This document shows, in pieces, positions 9,659-19,571 of a stretch of DNA of 64,000 nt. The position numbers and the translations under genes were made by a program. Position 1 is the first letter of the stretch. Every line of letters begins with the position of its first letter. The DNA comes from OCS116 cluster bacterium AG-390-I16 (GTDB lineage Bacteria; Pseudomonadota; Alphaproteobacteria; MED-G09). The notes below the pieces were generated by a model. The model was not told the DNA's origin. It made no database searches and saw only the letters and a program-made list of their open reading frames with translations. The stretch spans positions 91,266-155,265 of the forward strand of contig QCGZ01000002.1 of the NCBI GenBank assembly GCA_003279705.1, read 5' to 3'.

Positions 9659-10184
9659 TTTGTTTCCAAGTATGAACCAGGCATTTCCAAGAGCCATCTT
9701 CTTGGCGCTTAAGTAAATCAAAATACATACTGTCTGATACAGTATCTTGTAGTGCACCCTCCGAAGGAACACTTTTTGCATCACCTAAAAAAGTAATATA
9801 AACAACATAATTATATTCTACAGTAGCTAAATCTCCATAAAATTTAATATTTTTTGGCGTTTTTTGGTCAATTTCATAAGTAGCAACGTCAAAAACTGGC
9901 CCTAAAAAAGTTCTATAATTTTCTCTGCCAGTGATGACGGAGCCTCCAGGAGGAATAAGAACAATATTATCATCTAAAGAATCTACATAGCCCTGAATGT
10001 CACTTGTTTCGACAGCAACATACCAGTCATCGTAAAGCTTGTTAATTTTCATTCTATCTAGCTCTATCTCATGATGCATACCATAAGTATTTAATGGAAT
10101 AAAAAGAGCTATCAATAATAACATTATAGAAGAATATTTTTTTGTATAAGAGAAATCTAACATAGGTACCTCCGTTAAGACCAT
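9651..10184 (-). CDS. Secreted NTF2-like (DUF4440/SnoaL-like) protein
   Basis: Signal peptide (SSIMLLLIALFIPLNTYG). KINKLYDDWYVAVETSDIQGYVDSLDDNIVLIPPGG ... DGSWKCLVHTW is typical of the DUF4440 fold. The start may be the internal MLDFSY. Confidence 0.5.
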   Translation of the reverse strand: MVLTEVPMLDFSYTKKYSSIMLLLIALFIPLNTYGMHHEIELDRMKINKLYDDWYVAVETSDIQGYVDSLDDNIVLIPPGGSVITGRENYRTFLGPVFDVATYEIDQKTPKNIKFYGDLATVEYNYVVYITFLGDAKSVPSEGALQDTVSDSMYFDLLKRQEDGSWKCLVHTWKQIN

Positions 10185-10732
10185 TTATACACAAATTCAT
10201 TTATATTGGAAATTTCTGGTACTTCTAATTTTTTATCTGTTGAGCCTATATATAAATATCCAATAACAATATCATTTTTATCTAAGTCAAAAGATAGGGA
10301 GACTTCTTTATTAAAAGCAAGAAATCCAGTCCTCCAAATTGCGGAATATCCGAGGGAGTGACTTGCAATTAGAATATTTTGGGCAGCTGCTCCAGCGGAT
10401 AATATTTGTTCAATTTCAGGAATGATGGAATCTTCCTTTACTGAAGCAACTACAATTATTATGAGTGGAGCTCTAAAAGGAGCATTTAGAATTTTTTCTT
10501 TATTTTTTTTAGCACTTTCAGGGTCTGATATTTCAATAGCTTTCAATGAAGCTTTAGCCAATTTCTTTCTGCCATCGCCTGAAACATTTATAAATTTCCA
10601 AGGCTTTAAAGCGCCGTGGTCAGGTGCTCTTAATGCTGCTTTATAAATTAACTCTAATTCTTTCTCACTAGGAGCAGGATCCTGAAGTCTTGGAGATGAT
10701 TTTCTTGATAATATTGCTTCGATTGCGTTCAT
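10175..10732 (-). CDS. Nitroreductase-family protein (YdjA-like)
   Basis: 185 aa. ILSRKSSPRL, APDHGALKPWKF, and the C-terminal GYLYIG pattern. Confidence 0.8.
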   Translation of the reverse strand: MNAIEAILSRKSSPRLQDPAPSEKELELIYKAALRAPDHGALKPWKFINVSGDGRKKLAKASLKAIEISDPESAKKNKEKILNAPFRAPLIIIVVASVKEDSIIPEIEQILSAGAAAQNILIASHSLGYSAIWRTGFLAFNKEVSLSFDLDKNDIVIGYLYIGSTDKKLEVPEISNINEFVYKWS

Positions 10733-10750
10733 AATCTTATTCTGAGAAAT

Positions 10751-11056
10751 CTAATGAGTCCAAGGAGTTTTTTTATCATATGAAAAATTATCAGAATATG
10801 ATTTTGGTTTAATTTTTATTTTCTTTGTCTCTCTGATTGTATAATCAATTGAATTTTTTTCAGCAAAAGCAACAGCTAATTTCTTAGAAGCAAATTTAAT
10901 TTTTACTTGATGTTGTGTATCGCCTGAGGAAGTCCAATTCATTACAGGGTCAATAGAGGTTTTCGAAGATCTGGCAAATTCCAAAATCCAAATAGAACTT
11001 TTAGCACTACCAGATTGAGTTACAGATTTGGATGGTTGATAAATTTTTGCCTTCAT
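10751..11056 (-). CDS. ETC complex I subunit conserved-region protein (NDUFS4-like)
   Basis: 101 aa. AKIYQPSKSVTQSG ... W.LEF ... DPVMNWTSSGD pattern of the alphaproteobacterial NDUFS4-like family. Confidence 0.7.
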   Translation of the reverse strand: MKAKIYQPSKSVTQSGSAKSSIWILEFARSSKTSIDPVMNWTSSGDTQHQVKIKFASKKLAVAFAEKNSIDYTIRETKKIKIKPKSYSDNFSYDKKTPWTH

Positions 11057-11059
11057 AAA

Positions 11060-12490
11060 TTAGTTCGACAGCCAGCTGCCATGCGCTCCAAAAGGTACTC
11101 TTTGAGGCAATATAACCTCACATACTGGTTTTTTATCAAAATTTTCTACATCTACAATAATTAATTTTGATTTATTTATATTTTTATCAAAAACAATTGC
11201 CATTATCCAGCCCTCATCTTCACTAGAATCATTGCTTTTAGGAACAAAGACTGGTTCCCCCCCAAAAACATTTTCACCAAGATCGTGATCTATTCTTTCG
11301 TTTTTTTCCAAATTAAATTTATATAAAAATTGTCCGAATGTTAATGTTTTGGCATTCTCATCTATTGCCATTGCATATCCATTTTTTGCTTTTAAACCTA
11401 CCAATCTATCATCAACTCTTGCAAAGTCACATGCCTTATTATCAACTTGTTCTTCTTCACAGGTTTCTTTATCAAGATCAATTGTCCATTTCCAAAGTTT
11501 ACCAGTGGTATCTTTTCCACCATATATTTCATTCATTCCACCAACCATAGCTTTATTTTGTCTACATACATGAAGAATAATTTTATTGTCCTCTTCATAG
11601 GCATTCATAGGGTGAAAAACAAAACATGGATTTATATCTATCCATTTAATATCTTTATTAGATCCATCTCTAGGCATCACACCTAACCGTGCGCCACATT
11701 CAGGCCTAAAACCAAATGGATCAGCACCGCTAACGGCCTGATCTAAATCAAAAACCAAAGGAAGATCCATAAAAATTACATAATTCTTTGTGATGTTCCA
11801 GTCATGCATCATAACTGGTCTTGGTATATCTATCTCCTCAGATTGCACAAGTTCACCTTCTGAAGATACTCTATGATAAGTTAAATATGGTTTTTTCATC
11901 ATTTGATAACCAAAGAATAATAATTCATTTGTCTCAGGACAAACTCTTGGGTGTGCTGTCATTGGTCCATTAAGTTTGCCATTAAAGTCATGGGATCCCA
12001 TAGTTTCCAAATCATCATCAACAACCCAAGGAAAATGGGCTTCCTCTAAAGTCAAAATTTTATCCGCATGTCTAATTACATGAGTATTTGCAGGAGAGGC
12101 TTTTAAATCAAATGATCCTTCCATCATACCCATATCCTTCTCATAATAAGGAGTCTTTACATATTTATTTTTGTAAGATGCTTTTCCATCCTTGATTTCA
12201 ACACTATGAAGCATTCCGTTACCAAAAAACCAATGATCGCTATAACCAGAAACAGGATTCATCCCATTTCTAATATATTTTCCATTGATTTCTTTTGGGA
12301 TTTCTCCAATAGTTTCTAGGTTTTGTATTTCAATTTCTTCTTCAACTGGCGCCCAATTACCTTTTAAGTGCCATGGTTTTTCGGAATTTTTAATGTCTTT
12401 ATTACTTTTTGGCATAGATTTCATTAGCTTATTTAAAATAGGCTGCGGTAATTTTAAAAGTAGCTTTGTAGCAACAGTTTGAATATTCAT
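11060..12490 (-). CDS. Carotenoid/apocarotenoid cleavage oxygenase (RPE65/CCD family)
   Basis: 476 aa. All four iron-ligand His contexts are present (TAHPRV, MHDWNIT, VFHPMNAYEE, FGAHGSW), with a propeller-like repeat pattern. Confidence 0.85.
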   Translation of the reverse strand: MNIQTVATKLLLKLPQPILNKLMKSMPKSNKDIKNSEKPWHLKGNWAPVEEEIEIQNLETIGEIPKEINGKYIRNGMNPVSGYSDHWFFGNGMLHSVEIKDGKASYKNKYVKTPYYEKDMGMMEGSFDLKASPANTHVIRHADKILTLEEAHFPWVVDDDLETMGSHDFNGKLNGPMTAHPRVCPETNELLFFGYQMMKKPYLTYHRVSSEGELVQSEEIDIPRPVMMHDWNITKNYVIFMDLPLVFDLDQAVSGADPFGFRPECGARLGVMPRDGSNKDIKWIDINPCFVFHPMNAYEEDNKIILHVCRQNKAMVGGMNEIYGGKDTTGKLWKWTIDLDKETCEEEQVDNKACDFARVDDRLVGLKAKNGYAMAIDENAKTLTFGQFLYKFNLEKNERIDHDLGENVFGGEPVFVPKSNDSSEDEGWIMAIVFDKNINKSKLIIVDVENFDKKPVCEVILPQRVPFGAHGSWLSN

Positions 12491-12573
12491 TTTGACCTCT
12501 ATTATTTTTATTGTTGTGATATTAATAATATAGTTACATATTATACATCAAAATAAAAACTTGGGAGATTTAA

Positions 12574-13062
12574 ATGAAAAGAATTTTATTTTTCTTGATA
12601 GCAGTTCTTTTTGTTTCAAATTTAAGCGCTGAAATTATTAAAAAGCCTATTATAACTCTTAATGTTGCCAAAAAAATGGCAGAATCCTGCCTAAATTTAG
12701 CAAAAGAAGATAATAAAAAAATTAATATTGCGATTTATGAGTCTCCTGGTTCACTTAAGTATTATGCATCAATGGATGGAACTTACCCAGCCTCAGAAGA
12801 AATTTCACGACTTAAAGGTAAAACTACAGCAGGATTACCATACTCAACCGACGAATTAAGAGATATGGCATTTTCAGGTGATAATCCTAATCAAGGACTA
12901 CTGACACTTCCCACTGTTGTTTTATTAAAAGGCGGTGTTCCAATTATATTGAAAGATGGAACACATGTTGGTGGGGTTGGAGTTTCTGGTGCAAGCGGTG
13001 GGTTTGATAAGAAATGTGCTGAAGAAGCTGTCAAGATAGCCAAGAATATTATGGTAGAATAA
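12574..13062 (+). CDS. GlcG/HbpS-like (DUF336) heme-binding protein, secreted
   Basis: Signal peptide, plus GGVPI...GGVGVSGASGGFDKKCAE, the signature of the GlcG/DUF336 family. Confidence 0.65.
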   Translation: MKRILFFLIAVLFVSNLSAEIIKKPIITLNVAKKMAESCLNLAKEDNKKINIAIYESPGSLKYYASMDGTYPASEEISRLKGKTTAGLPYSTDELRDMAFSGDNPNQGLLTLPTVVLLKGGVPIILKDGTHVGGVGVSGASGGFDKKCAEEAVKIAKNIMVE

Positions 13063-13065
13063 TTT

Positions 13066-13512
13066 ATGTATAAAAGTTTATTATCCTTATTAGTTATTAT
13101 TTTATTTTCTTTCGAAAATGTATATTCCGAAACATTAATTATTAATATTGAAAGCAAATATGATGATGGTTATGCAATGCTTGGTGTATATGACAAAAAA
13201 GATAATTTTGGTAAGGCTAAAGTTAATGAAAAACCCAATTCGGATATAGTTTTAATGGGCGCTGTAGTCAAAATTACCAACAAAAAAGCAACAGCAATTA
13301 TCGATGTACCTTTTGGTGAATATGCAATAGCTGGATTTCAAGATCTTGATGGTAATGGTGTTCTTTCCGGTAATTTTCTAGGAATACCAAAAGAGCCTGT
13401 CGGTTTTTCAGGAGATGCTAAAGTTAGGTTTGGACCGCCTAAATGGAATGATGCAGTGTTTCAATTTAAAACAGTTAATCAAGAAGTATTAATTTATTTA
13501 GACAAAATATAA
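13066..13512 (+). CDS. DUF2141-family secreted protein
   Basis: Signal peptide. GEYAIAGFQDLDGNGVLSGNFLGIPKEPVGFSGDA..FGPPKWNDAVF matches the DUF2141 pattern. Confidence 0.6.
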   Translation: MYKSLLSLLVIILFSFENVYSETLIINIESKYDDGYAMLGVYDKKDNFGKAKVNEKPNSDIVLMGAVVKITNKKATAIIDVPFGEYAIAGFQDLDGNGVLSGNFLGIPKEPVGFSGDAKVRFGPPKWNDAVFQFKTVNQEVLIYLDKI

Positions 13513-13556
13513 CACTTTCAATAGTTTAATTATTTATATTAATGTAGGGGATAATT

Positions 13557-14132
13557 TTGGAAAAAGTAAAATGTTTTTTTAATTTCAGAAGTCCATATGC
13601 ATATTTAGGTGTAAAAAAAGCAATTGAAGAAAATATAAATATGGAATTTTTTCCTCTTTGCTACATGCCTAAAGAAATAGTTGAATTTTTTGTAAAAGCA
13701 TCTGGAAATGAATATAAAAGATCCTACCTTTATTTAGATTGCGACAGATTATTTAAAGAAATCGGAATTGAAAATGTTGGAGATATCTTATCAAAAGAAG
13801 CAAATTGGCCAAAAGTACACGCTGCTTGGCTTTCAGCTAGTGATAATGGGTTAGGGAATGAGTTTATGATGGAGGCATTTAATCAAAGATGGCACCAAAA
13901 AAATGATTTGGGTAATATCGAAATAATTTCTAATATTTGTGAAAAAATTGGTTTTAATAAAGATACTGCATTATTGGCCATGGATGATAGCGATTTTGAT
14001 GATAGGCTGAAGTCATATACTAAAATAATGAGAGAATATAAAGTTTTCGGTGTCCCAACATTTGTATATAAAGGTGAGATATTTTGGGGGCAAGATAGAA
14101 TTTATGCCCTTAAAAATAAAATAAATGAGTAA
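13557..14132 (+). CDS. DsbA-fold 2-hydroxychromene-2-carboxylate isomerase-family protein
   Basis: FFNFRSPYAYLG N-terminus and C-terminal VFGVPTFVYKGEIFWGQDR, typical of HCCA isomerase/DsbA-like proteins. Confidence 0.65.
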   Translation: MEKVKCFFNFRSPYAYLGVKKAIEENINMEFFPLCYMPKEIVEFFVKASGNEYKRSYLYLDCDRLFKEIGIENVGDILSKEANWPKVHAAWLSASDNGLGNEFMMEAFNQRWHQKNDLGNIEIISNICEKIGFNKDTALLAMDDSDFDDRLKSYTKIMREYKVFGVPTFVYKGEIFWGQDRIYALKNKINE

Positions 14133-14138
14133 AGTCTC

Positions 14139-14678
14139 TTAATTATCCCATTTAGTTTTTCTTTCAAGTTTATAGGTGTCACCAACTTTAAATTTTTCAT
14201 GAGCCCTCCTCCATCTTGAGAATTCACCTAATATGTGATTTGGGTCTCCATGAATTTCTGTGAAAACACCATTTACAGACCTTGTATCAATATAAGCAGC
14301 ATCAACCCCATCAGCCCAAAGTCTGCAAGCTAAGTCAAAACCCATATCTAAAAATCTATTTAACTCTTCTTCAAAGTCAGATACTAAAATACCTATATGA
14401 TGAAAGCCTTCCTGACCTTTTTCAAACATATCTCTATATATGGAGGGTGTTTCATCATGTTGTTCTATAAACTGAATCATTGTATCTCCAAGGTAACCAA
14501 AGGCATATGAAACATCTGCTTCATCTGATGTATTCCTATATTCAAATTTATCAGTTTTATGATGATGAGTGAAAACAAATGGACCTGCCCCATATAAATC
14601 ACTCCATTTCTTTGCGGACTCATCGATACTATTAACAAAATAAGCTTGTTGAAAAATAGGATTTTTTTCTATTATCAT
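14139..14678 (-). CDS. VOC (glyoxalase/dioxygenase) superfamily protein
   Basis: 179 aa. GFHHIGILVSDFEEELNRFLDMGF is a typical VOC beta-alpha-beta-beta-beta module. Sits 3 nt downstream of the amidohydrolase gene. Confidence 0.55.
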   Translation of the reverse strand: MIIEKNPIFQQAYFVNSIDESAKKWSDLYGAGPFVFTHHHKTDKFEYRNTSDEADVSYAFGYLGDTMIQFIEQHDETPSIYRDMFEKGQEGFHHIGILVSDFEEELNRFLDMGFDLACRLWADGVDAAYIDTRSVNGVFTEIHGDPNHILGEFSRWRRAHEKFKVGDTYKLERKTKWDN

Positions 14679-14681
14679 TAA

Positions 14682-16394
14682 CTAACTCCTTATTAATTTT
14701 CCTGGAAGCTCTCCGGTTGAAACACCGTCCTTATAAGTAACCTTACCTGATACAATTGTATATTTATAACCATCAACCCTTTGAATAAGTCTTTTACCAC
14801 CTGCTGGAAGGTCATATCGAATTTCAGGTGAATAAAGAGTTAGATTATCAAAATCGATAATATTTATATCTGCTTTCATACCTTCTTTAATTAAGCCTCT
14901 ATCATCAAGACCAATTGCTAGAGCATTATCTCTTGAATAGGATTTAATAATCCATGGTAAATCTAATTTTTTACCTCTAACCCTATCTCTTCCCCAAAAA
15001 GTAAGCATATGAGTTGTAAAGCTAGCATCACAAATAGTTGCGCAATGCGCACCTCCATCACCTAAGCCTAATAATGAATGATCACTGCTTATCATTTCTA
15101 GGCTTGCCTCAAGGGAATAATCTAAATAATTTCCTATGGGATAATATAAAAGGCTATTACCATCATCTTCCAACAAAACATCATAGATATAATCATTAAT
15201 TTCTCTATTAAGTTTTTTTGCTTTTGAACCTAAACTGGTTTCTTTATGGGGCTCATAATCTGGAATTTTATCAAGAACGTAAATATTATCAATATTTCTA
15301 ATTATTGATTTAACCAATCCATTACTTGAAGAACCCTCTTCACTAAGTATTTTTTTCTTGAAATCTTCATTTCTCATTATTGAAACCCTCTCCTCAAGAG
15401 GAAGGTCAGATATTTCTATATATGATGGATGCCCAGAAAAAGGATTTAATGTTAGATTTAATCCAAGCATAAGACCTATTGGTCTTCCGCATGCTTGAGC
15501 CCTTACAGGAAGTCCTCTATTTGCAGCATCTTCTATCCAACCAAGTAAATCTTTATAGTCATATTTAGTTCCGTCTGTTTGAGCAAGCGTTATAGAAATT
15601 GGACAACCAGAAGCTTCTACCATTTTTTCAAGCATCTTAAATTCTTCATACCCACCTAAAAAGTCAGAAACTAACTGCAAAACACCTTTACCTGTTTTAC
15701 CAATTTCTCTAGCTATTTGAATTAATTCATTTCCAGCAGCATCAAAGCTTGGAACCAATTCACCTTTCGATGTTTTATGGAAAACTGTTCTAGATGTTGT
15801 GAAACCTATAGCTCCACACTCTATGGCCTCAGCACTAAGTTCTGCCATTTTTTTAATATCATCTTCAGTAGCAGGTTCTCTATCAGCGCCTCTCTGACCC
15901 ATAACATATAGGCGAAGCGCGCCATGAGGAATTTGAGCTCCAATATCCATATCAAAGCCCTTATTATCAAGAATATTAAGATAGTCAGAAAAGGAATTCC
16001 AATTCCACTCTAAACCTTCAGTTAAAACAACGTCAGGAATATCCTCGACACCCTCCATTAAACTAATAAGTCTATCATGATCATGATCGTGCACTGGAGC
16101 AAAGCCAACACCACAGTTACCCATTAAAGCTGTTGTTACACCATGCCATGAAGATGGAGATAAATAATTATCCCATGTAGCTTGTCCATCATAATGAGTA
16201 TGAATATCTACAAAACCAGGGGTTACAATAAAACCATTTGCATCAATCTCTTTCTTTGCTTTAATTAATGGATTGAGTTTTCCTATTTTTTCAATTTTTC
16301 CATCTTTTATCAATATATCAGATAAAATTTCTGGACCACCTGATCCATCAATAATTTTACCGTTTCGAATTATTAAATCTGAAATTTCTACCAT
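14682..16394 (-). CDS. N-acyl-D-amino-acid deacylase (D-aminoacylase) family amidohydrolase
   Basis: 570 aa. GFVDIHTHYD metal motif, N-terminal beta-sandwich (IIRNGKIIDGSG), and a C-terminal return to the sandwich (ADINIIDF). Confidence 0.8.
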   Translation of the reverse strand: MVEISDLIIRNGKIIDGSGGPEILSDILIKDGKIEKIGKLNPLIKAKKEIDANGFIVTPGFVDIHTHYDGQATWDNYLSPSSWHGVTTALMGNCGVGFAPVHDHDHDRLISLMEGVEDIPDVVLTEGLEWNWNSFSDYLNILDNKGFDMDIGAQIPHGALRLYVMGQRGADREPATEDDIKKMAELSAEAIECGAIGFTTSRTVFHKTSKGELVPSFDAAGNELIQIAREIGKTGKGVLQLVSDFLGGYEEFKMLEKMVEASGCPISITLAQTDGTKYDYKDLLGWIEDAANRGLPVRAQACGRPIGLMLGLNLTLNPFSGHPSYIEISDLPLEERVSIMRNEDFKKKILSEEGSSSNGLVKSIIRNIDNIYVLDKIPDYEPHKETSLGSKAKKLNREINDYIYDVLLEDDGNSLLYYPIGNYLDYSLEASLEMISSDHSLLGLGDGGAHCATICDASFTTHMLTFWGRDRVRGKKLDLPWIIKSYSRDNALAIGLDDRGLIKEGMKADINIIDFDNLTLYSPEIRYDLPAGGKRLIQRVDGYKYTIVSGKVTYKDGVSTGELPGKLIRS

Positions 16395-16423
16395 AAGACA
16401 AAACCCCCTTTTTTTTAGAAATT

Positions 16424-16702
16424 TTAATCGTCAAAATGATCGATTTCATATCTTATGGAAAGCTCAATAAGGAATCTCCATAAGTATTCCATAGAATTTG
16501 GATCTAACCCTAATTCCTCAGACTGTGCTCTAATTCCTGAAATAACCTCTTCAATTCTTTCATAATCTCTAATTTCATTTGTATTTTTTTTTATGATTGA
16601 AGCCTCATGAATCAAGTTAAAACGATCTTTAAATAAAGATAAAAGAGATGAGTCAATTTTGTTAAGCTCAAGCCTTAAATCAGCCATATTATCGTACTTC
16701 AT
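16424..16702 (-). CDS. AroQ-class (type II) chorismate mutase, monofunctional
   Basis: 92 aa, all-helical. LRLELNKIDSSLLSLFKDRFNLIHEASIIKK matches the LR.eID..D..ll.Ll..R pattern. Confidence 0.65.
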   Translation of the reverse strand: MKYDNMADLRLELNKIDSSLLSLFKDRFNLIHEASIIKKNTNEIRDYERIEEVISGIRAQSEELGLDPNSMEYLWRFLIELSIRYEIDHFDD

Positions 16703-16717
16703 TTTTATCTCCTAAAA

Positions 16718-16794
<77 letters not shown>

Positions 16795-16819
16795 ATGCAT
16801 TTTATTATTATATAAACCT

Positions 16820-17263
16820 TTAACGTTTTTTTGTAATTATTTTTTTTAAGGACTCAGTTTTTCTTAATTTAAAAATTGATGTAACACTTAAAACATTTCG
16901 TGTCGATACTTTAAGCATTGTATCACAGTAAACATAATCTCCTTTTACATGAGAAACATTTCCATACCCCTCAAGCCACTCTCCCTCTCTTGCAGCAGAT
17001 AAAAACTCAGAATTAAATTTTATAGTAACACCTGCTTTTTTTGTTGCATAATAAACTGTATGACCTAAAACACCATCAGCAAAAGCCATTAACATTCCAC
17101 CATGAGCTATATTTGCAGCATTACAGTGTCTATCTAAAATAAATGCTCCATGAATCCATTTATTTTTTTCCTCTTTTATGTAAAAAGGGCCATTATGATT
17201 TGTGTATGGCCCCCTTCTTTCGTTAACAGTAAAACCTTCGGGAATAATTTTATTTTCAGACAT
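16820..17263 (-). CDS. PaaI-family hotdog-fold thioesterase (second copy)
   Basis: 147 aa. NIAHGGMLMAFADGVLG motif. Confidence 0.7.
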   Translation of the reverse strand: MSENKIIPEGFTVNERRGPYTNHNGPFYIKEEKNKWIHGAFILDRHCNAANIAHGGMLMAFADGVLGHTVYYATKKAGVTIKFNSEFLSAAREGEWLEGYGNVSHVKGDYVYCDTMLKVSTRNVLSVTSIFKLRKTESLKKIITKKR

Positions 17264-17383
17264 ATGGATTTCTCAAAAAAAGTTTAAACATTTTATAAAG
17301 TTTATAATTTTCTCTTTCCTTATTAAACCGATAAATTGTATAACACCATAAGTTATTATTCATTTAATTAAGGAGTATTTCCT

Positions 17384-17956
17384 ATGGAAATGAAAGGTGA
17401 AAAAATTATTTTTACTTCTAAGCAAAAAGTTTGGGAAGCTTTAAATGATCCCGACCAACTTCTTAAGGCCATACCTGGTGCTCAAAGTGTTGAAAAAATA
17501 GACAACGAAAATCTTACAGCTACTGTAAAAACAAAAATTGGGCCAATTAGCGCCAAATTTAATGGCAAGATTAAATTATCAGATATCGATCCTCCTAATA
17601 GTTATAAATTAACTGGTGAGGGTACTGGAGGAGCAGCTGGTTTTGCAAAAGGTCAAGCTGAAGTTCAGTTAAGTGATCATGAGGATGGAACAAAACTATC
17701 ATATTCTGTAAATGCTAGTGTTGGAGGTAAATTAGCTCAAATTGGTCAGAGACTAATAGATACAGCGGCAAATAAACTTGCCGATGAATTTTTTGGTAAG
17801 TTTAATGAGATTTTATCAGAAAATAATAATACCGAAATATCAGAGAAAATTAATGATGATAATGGCATTGGAATAAATCCTTCAAAATGGATTACCTCAG
17901 TAATTATTCTTGTGATTTTAAGTATTGTTTTCTGGTACTTTTTAGGTCAAATATAA
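17384..17956 (+). CDS. coxG: CoxG-family SRPBCC protein with C-terminal membrane anchor
   Basis: MEMKGEKIIFTSKQKVWEALNDPDQLLKAIPG start, and LADEFFGKF. C-terminal TM WITSVIILVILSIVFWYFLG. Confidence 0.8.
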   Translation: MEMKGEKIIFTSKQKVWEALNDPDQLLKAIPGAQSVEKIDNENLTATVKTKIGPISAKFNGKIKLSDIDPPNSYKLTGEGTGGAAGFAKGQAEVQLSDHEDGTKLSYSVNASVGGKLAQIGQRLIDTAANKLADEFFGKFNEILSENNNTEISEKINDDNGIGINPSKWITSVIILVILSIVFWYFLGQI

Positions 17957-17983
17957 TAATATTATTATTTTAATGAGGAAAAG

Positions 17984-18445
17984 ATGTCTTTAGTAGAATT
18001 AGAAATAAATGGAAATAAAGTTTCACAAGATGTGGAAGATCGCCAATTACTAGTTCATTTCATAAGAGATGATTTAAATCTTACAGGAACGCATGTTGGA
18101 TGTGATACTAGTCAGTGTGGTGCTTGCGTAGTTCATGTTGATGGAAAAGCTGTCAAAAGTTGTTCAATGCTAGCTTTACAAGCTAATAATTCAAAAATAA
18201 CTACAATTGAGGGTCTTGCAGATGGTGAAAATCTTCACCCTGTTCAAGAAGCTTTTAGAGAAAATCACGGTTTACAATGTGGTTTTTGTACACCAGGAAT
18301 GATAATGGCAGCTGTTGATATAATTAATAGAAACTCTATTTTGGACGAAAAAACCGTAAGAGAAGAACTTGAAGGTAATTTATGCAGGTGTACTGGATAT
18401 CAAAATATTGTTAAATCTATTATAGCTGCTTCAGAAAAAATGTAG
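17984..18445 (+). CDS. coxS: (2Fe-2S)-binding small subunit of a molybdenum hydroxylase (CoxS-like)
   Basis: [12 protein letters not shown] (plant-type cluster) and [10 protein letters not shown]...CRCTGY (second cluster). Confidence 0.9.
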   Translation: MSLVELEINGNKVSQDVEDRQLLVHFIRDDLNLTGTHVGCDTSQCGACVVHVDGKAVKSCSMLALQANNSKITTIEGLADGENLHPVQEAFRENHGLQCGFCTPGMIMAAVDIINRNSILDEKTVREELEGNLCRCTGYQNIVKSIIAASEKM

Positions 18446-18451
18446 GTAGAT

Positions 18452-19252
18452 ATGTATCAATTCAATTATAAAAAAGTAGAAACTGTTCAAGAAGCTGTAA
18501 ATGAATTATCCGCAAATCCTGAGTCTAAAATACTAGCAGGAGGGATGACCATAATCCCTACAATGAAACAAAGGTTAGCATCGCCTGAACAATTAATAGA
18601 TATTAGAAATATTGAAGAGCTTAATTTCATTAGAGAAGAGTCAAATAATATCATTATTGGCTCAACTACAAATCACTTTACGGTTTCTTCATCAGATCTT
18701 ATAAAAGAAAAAATTCCATCTTTATCGATGCTGGCAGAAGGTATAGGCGATCCTCATGTTAGAAACATGGGAACAATTGGTGGAGCAATATCAAATAATG
18801 ATCCAACAGCAGACTATCCTGCAGCATGTTTAGGCCTTGGAGCAAAAATAAAAACTAGTAAAAGAGATTTAACTGCAGAAGAATTTTTTGTAAGTCTTTT
18901 TGAGACTGCTTTAGAAGAAGATGAAATCGTAATATCAATTTCTTTTCCTATAATTAAGAACTCATTTTATATGAAGTTTCCTAACCCTGCTTCGAGGTAT
19001 GCAATGGCTGGAGTTTTTATATCAAAAAATGAATCTGATGTAAGAGTGGCTGTAACTGGAGCCAGTGAAAATGGTGTTTTTAGGTGGAATGAGATGGAAG
19101 AATCTCTTTCAAATGATTGGTCAAAGTCTAGTGTAGAAAATGTTAAACTTTCACCTGAAGGCATAATGTCAGATATTCATGGTAGTTCAGAATACAGAGC
19201 AAACCTTGCAAACATTATGGCTATTAGAGCTTTTGAAGGTATTAATGAGTAA
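18452..19252 (+). CDS. coxM: FAD-binding medium subunit of a molybdenum hydroxylase (CoxM-like)
   Basis: 266 aa. ILAGGMTIIPTMKQRL, GTIGGAISNNDP, and the C-terminal SSEYRANLA pattern. Confidence 0.85.
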   Translation: MYQFNYKKVETVQEAVNELSANPESKILAGGMTIIPTMKQRLASPEQLIDIRNIEELNFIREESNNIIIGSTTNHFTVSSSDLIKEKIPSLSMLAEGIGDPHVRNMGTIGGAISNNDPTADYPAACLGLGAKIKTSKRDLTAEEFFVSLFETALEEDEIVISISFPIIKNSFYMKFPNPASRYAMAGVFISKNESDVRVAVTGASENGVFRWNEMEESLSNDWSKSSVENVKLSPEGIMSDIHGSSEYRANLANIMAIRAFEGINE

Positions 19253-19571
19253 CGATCCTATTGAAAATGCACTGGAGTGGCTAAAAAAAGGTCATAATGT
19301 TGCTATTGCTACAGTTGTTAAAACTTGGGGTTCAGCTCCAAGAAAAGCTGGTTCACAATTAGCTATTAGAGAAGATGGGCTGATGGTTGGATCAGTATCC
19401 GGCGGTTGTGTAGAGGGTGATGTGGTTGAAAATGCTCTTGAAATAATCAATACTCCCTCCTCCGTAAAACTTTTACAGTATGGCATCACAAATGATACTG
19501 CTTGGGAGGTTGGCCTTGCTTGTGGAGGTGATATAAAAATTAGAATCGATACAATGAAAAGTAATGGATAA
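19245..19571 (+). CDS. XdhC/CoxI-family maturation factor, N-terminal domain only
   Basis: ATVVKTWGSAPRKAGSQLAIREDGLMVGSVSGGCVEG is the XdhC_CoxI domain. I place the start at ATG 19245, overlapping the coxM stop (ATGAGTAA), rather than the track start 19179. Confidence 0.75.
   Translation: MSNDPIENALEWLKKGHNVAIATVVKTWGSAPRKAGSQLAIREDGLMVGSVSGGCVEGDVVENALEIINTPSSVKLLQYGITNDTAWEVGLACGGDIKIRIDTMKSNG

Noticed and set aside
19179-19244. 22-codon N-terminal extension of the XdhC N-domain ORF given in the track.
   Set aside because: The extension lies wholly inside coxM in another frame. The ATG at 19245 overlaps the coxM stop in the coupled fashion seen throughout this cluster.
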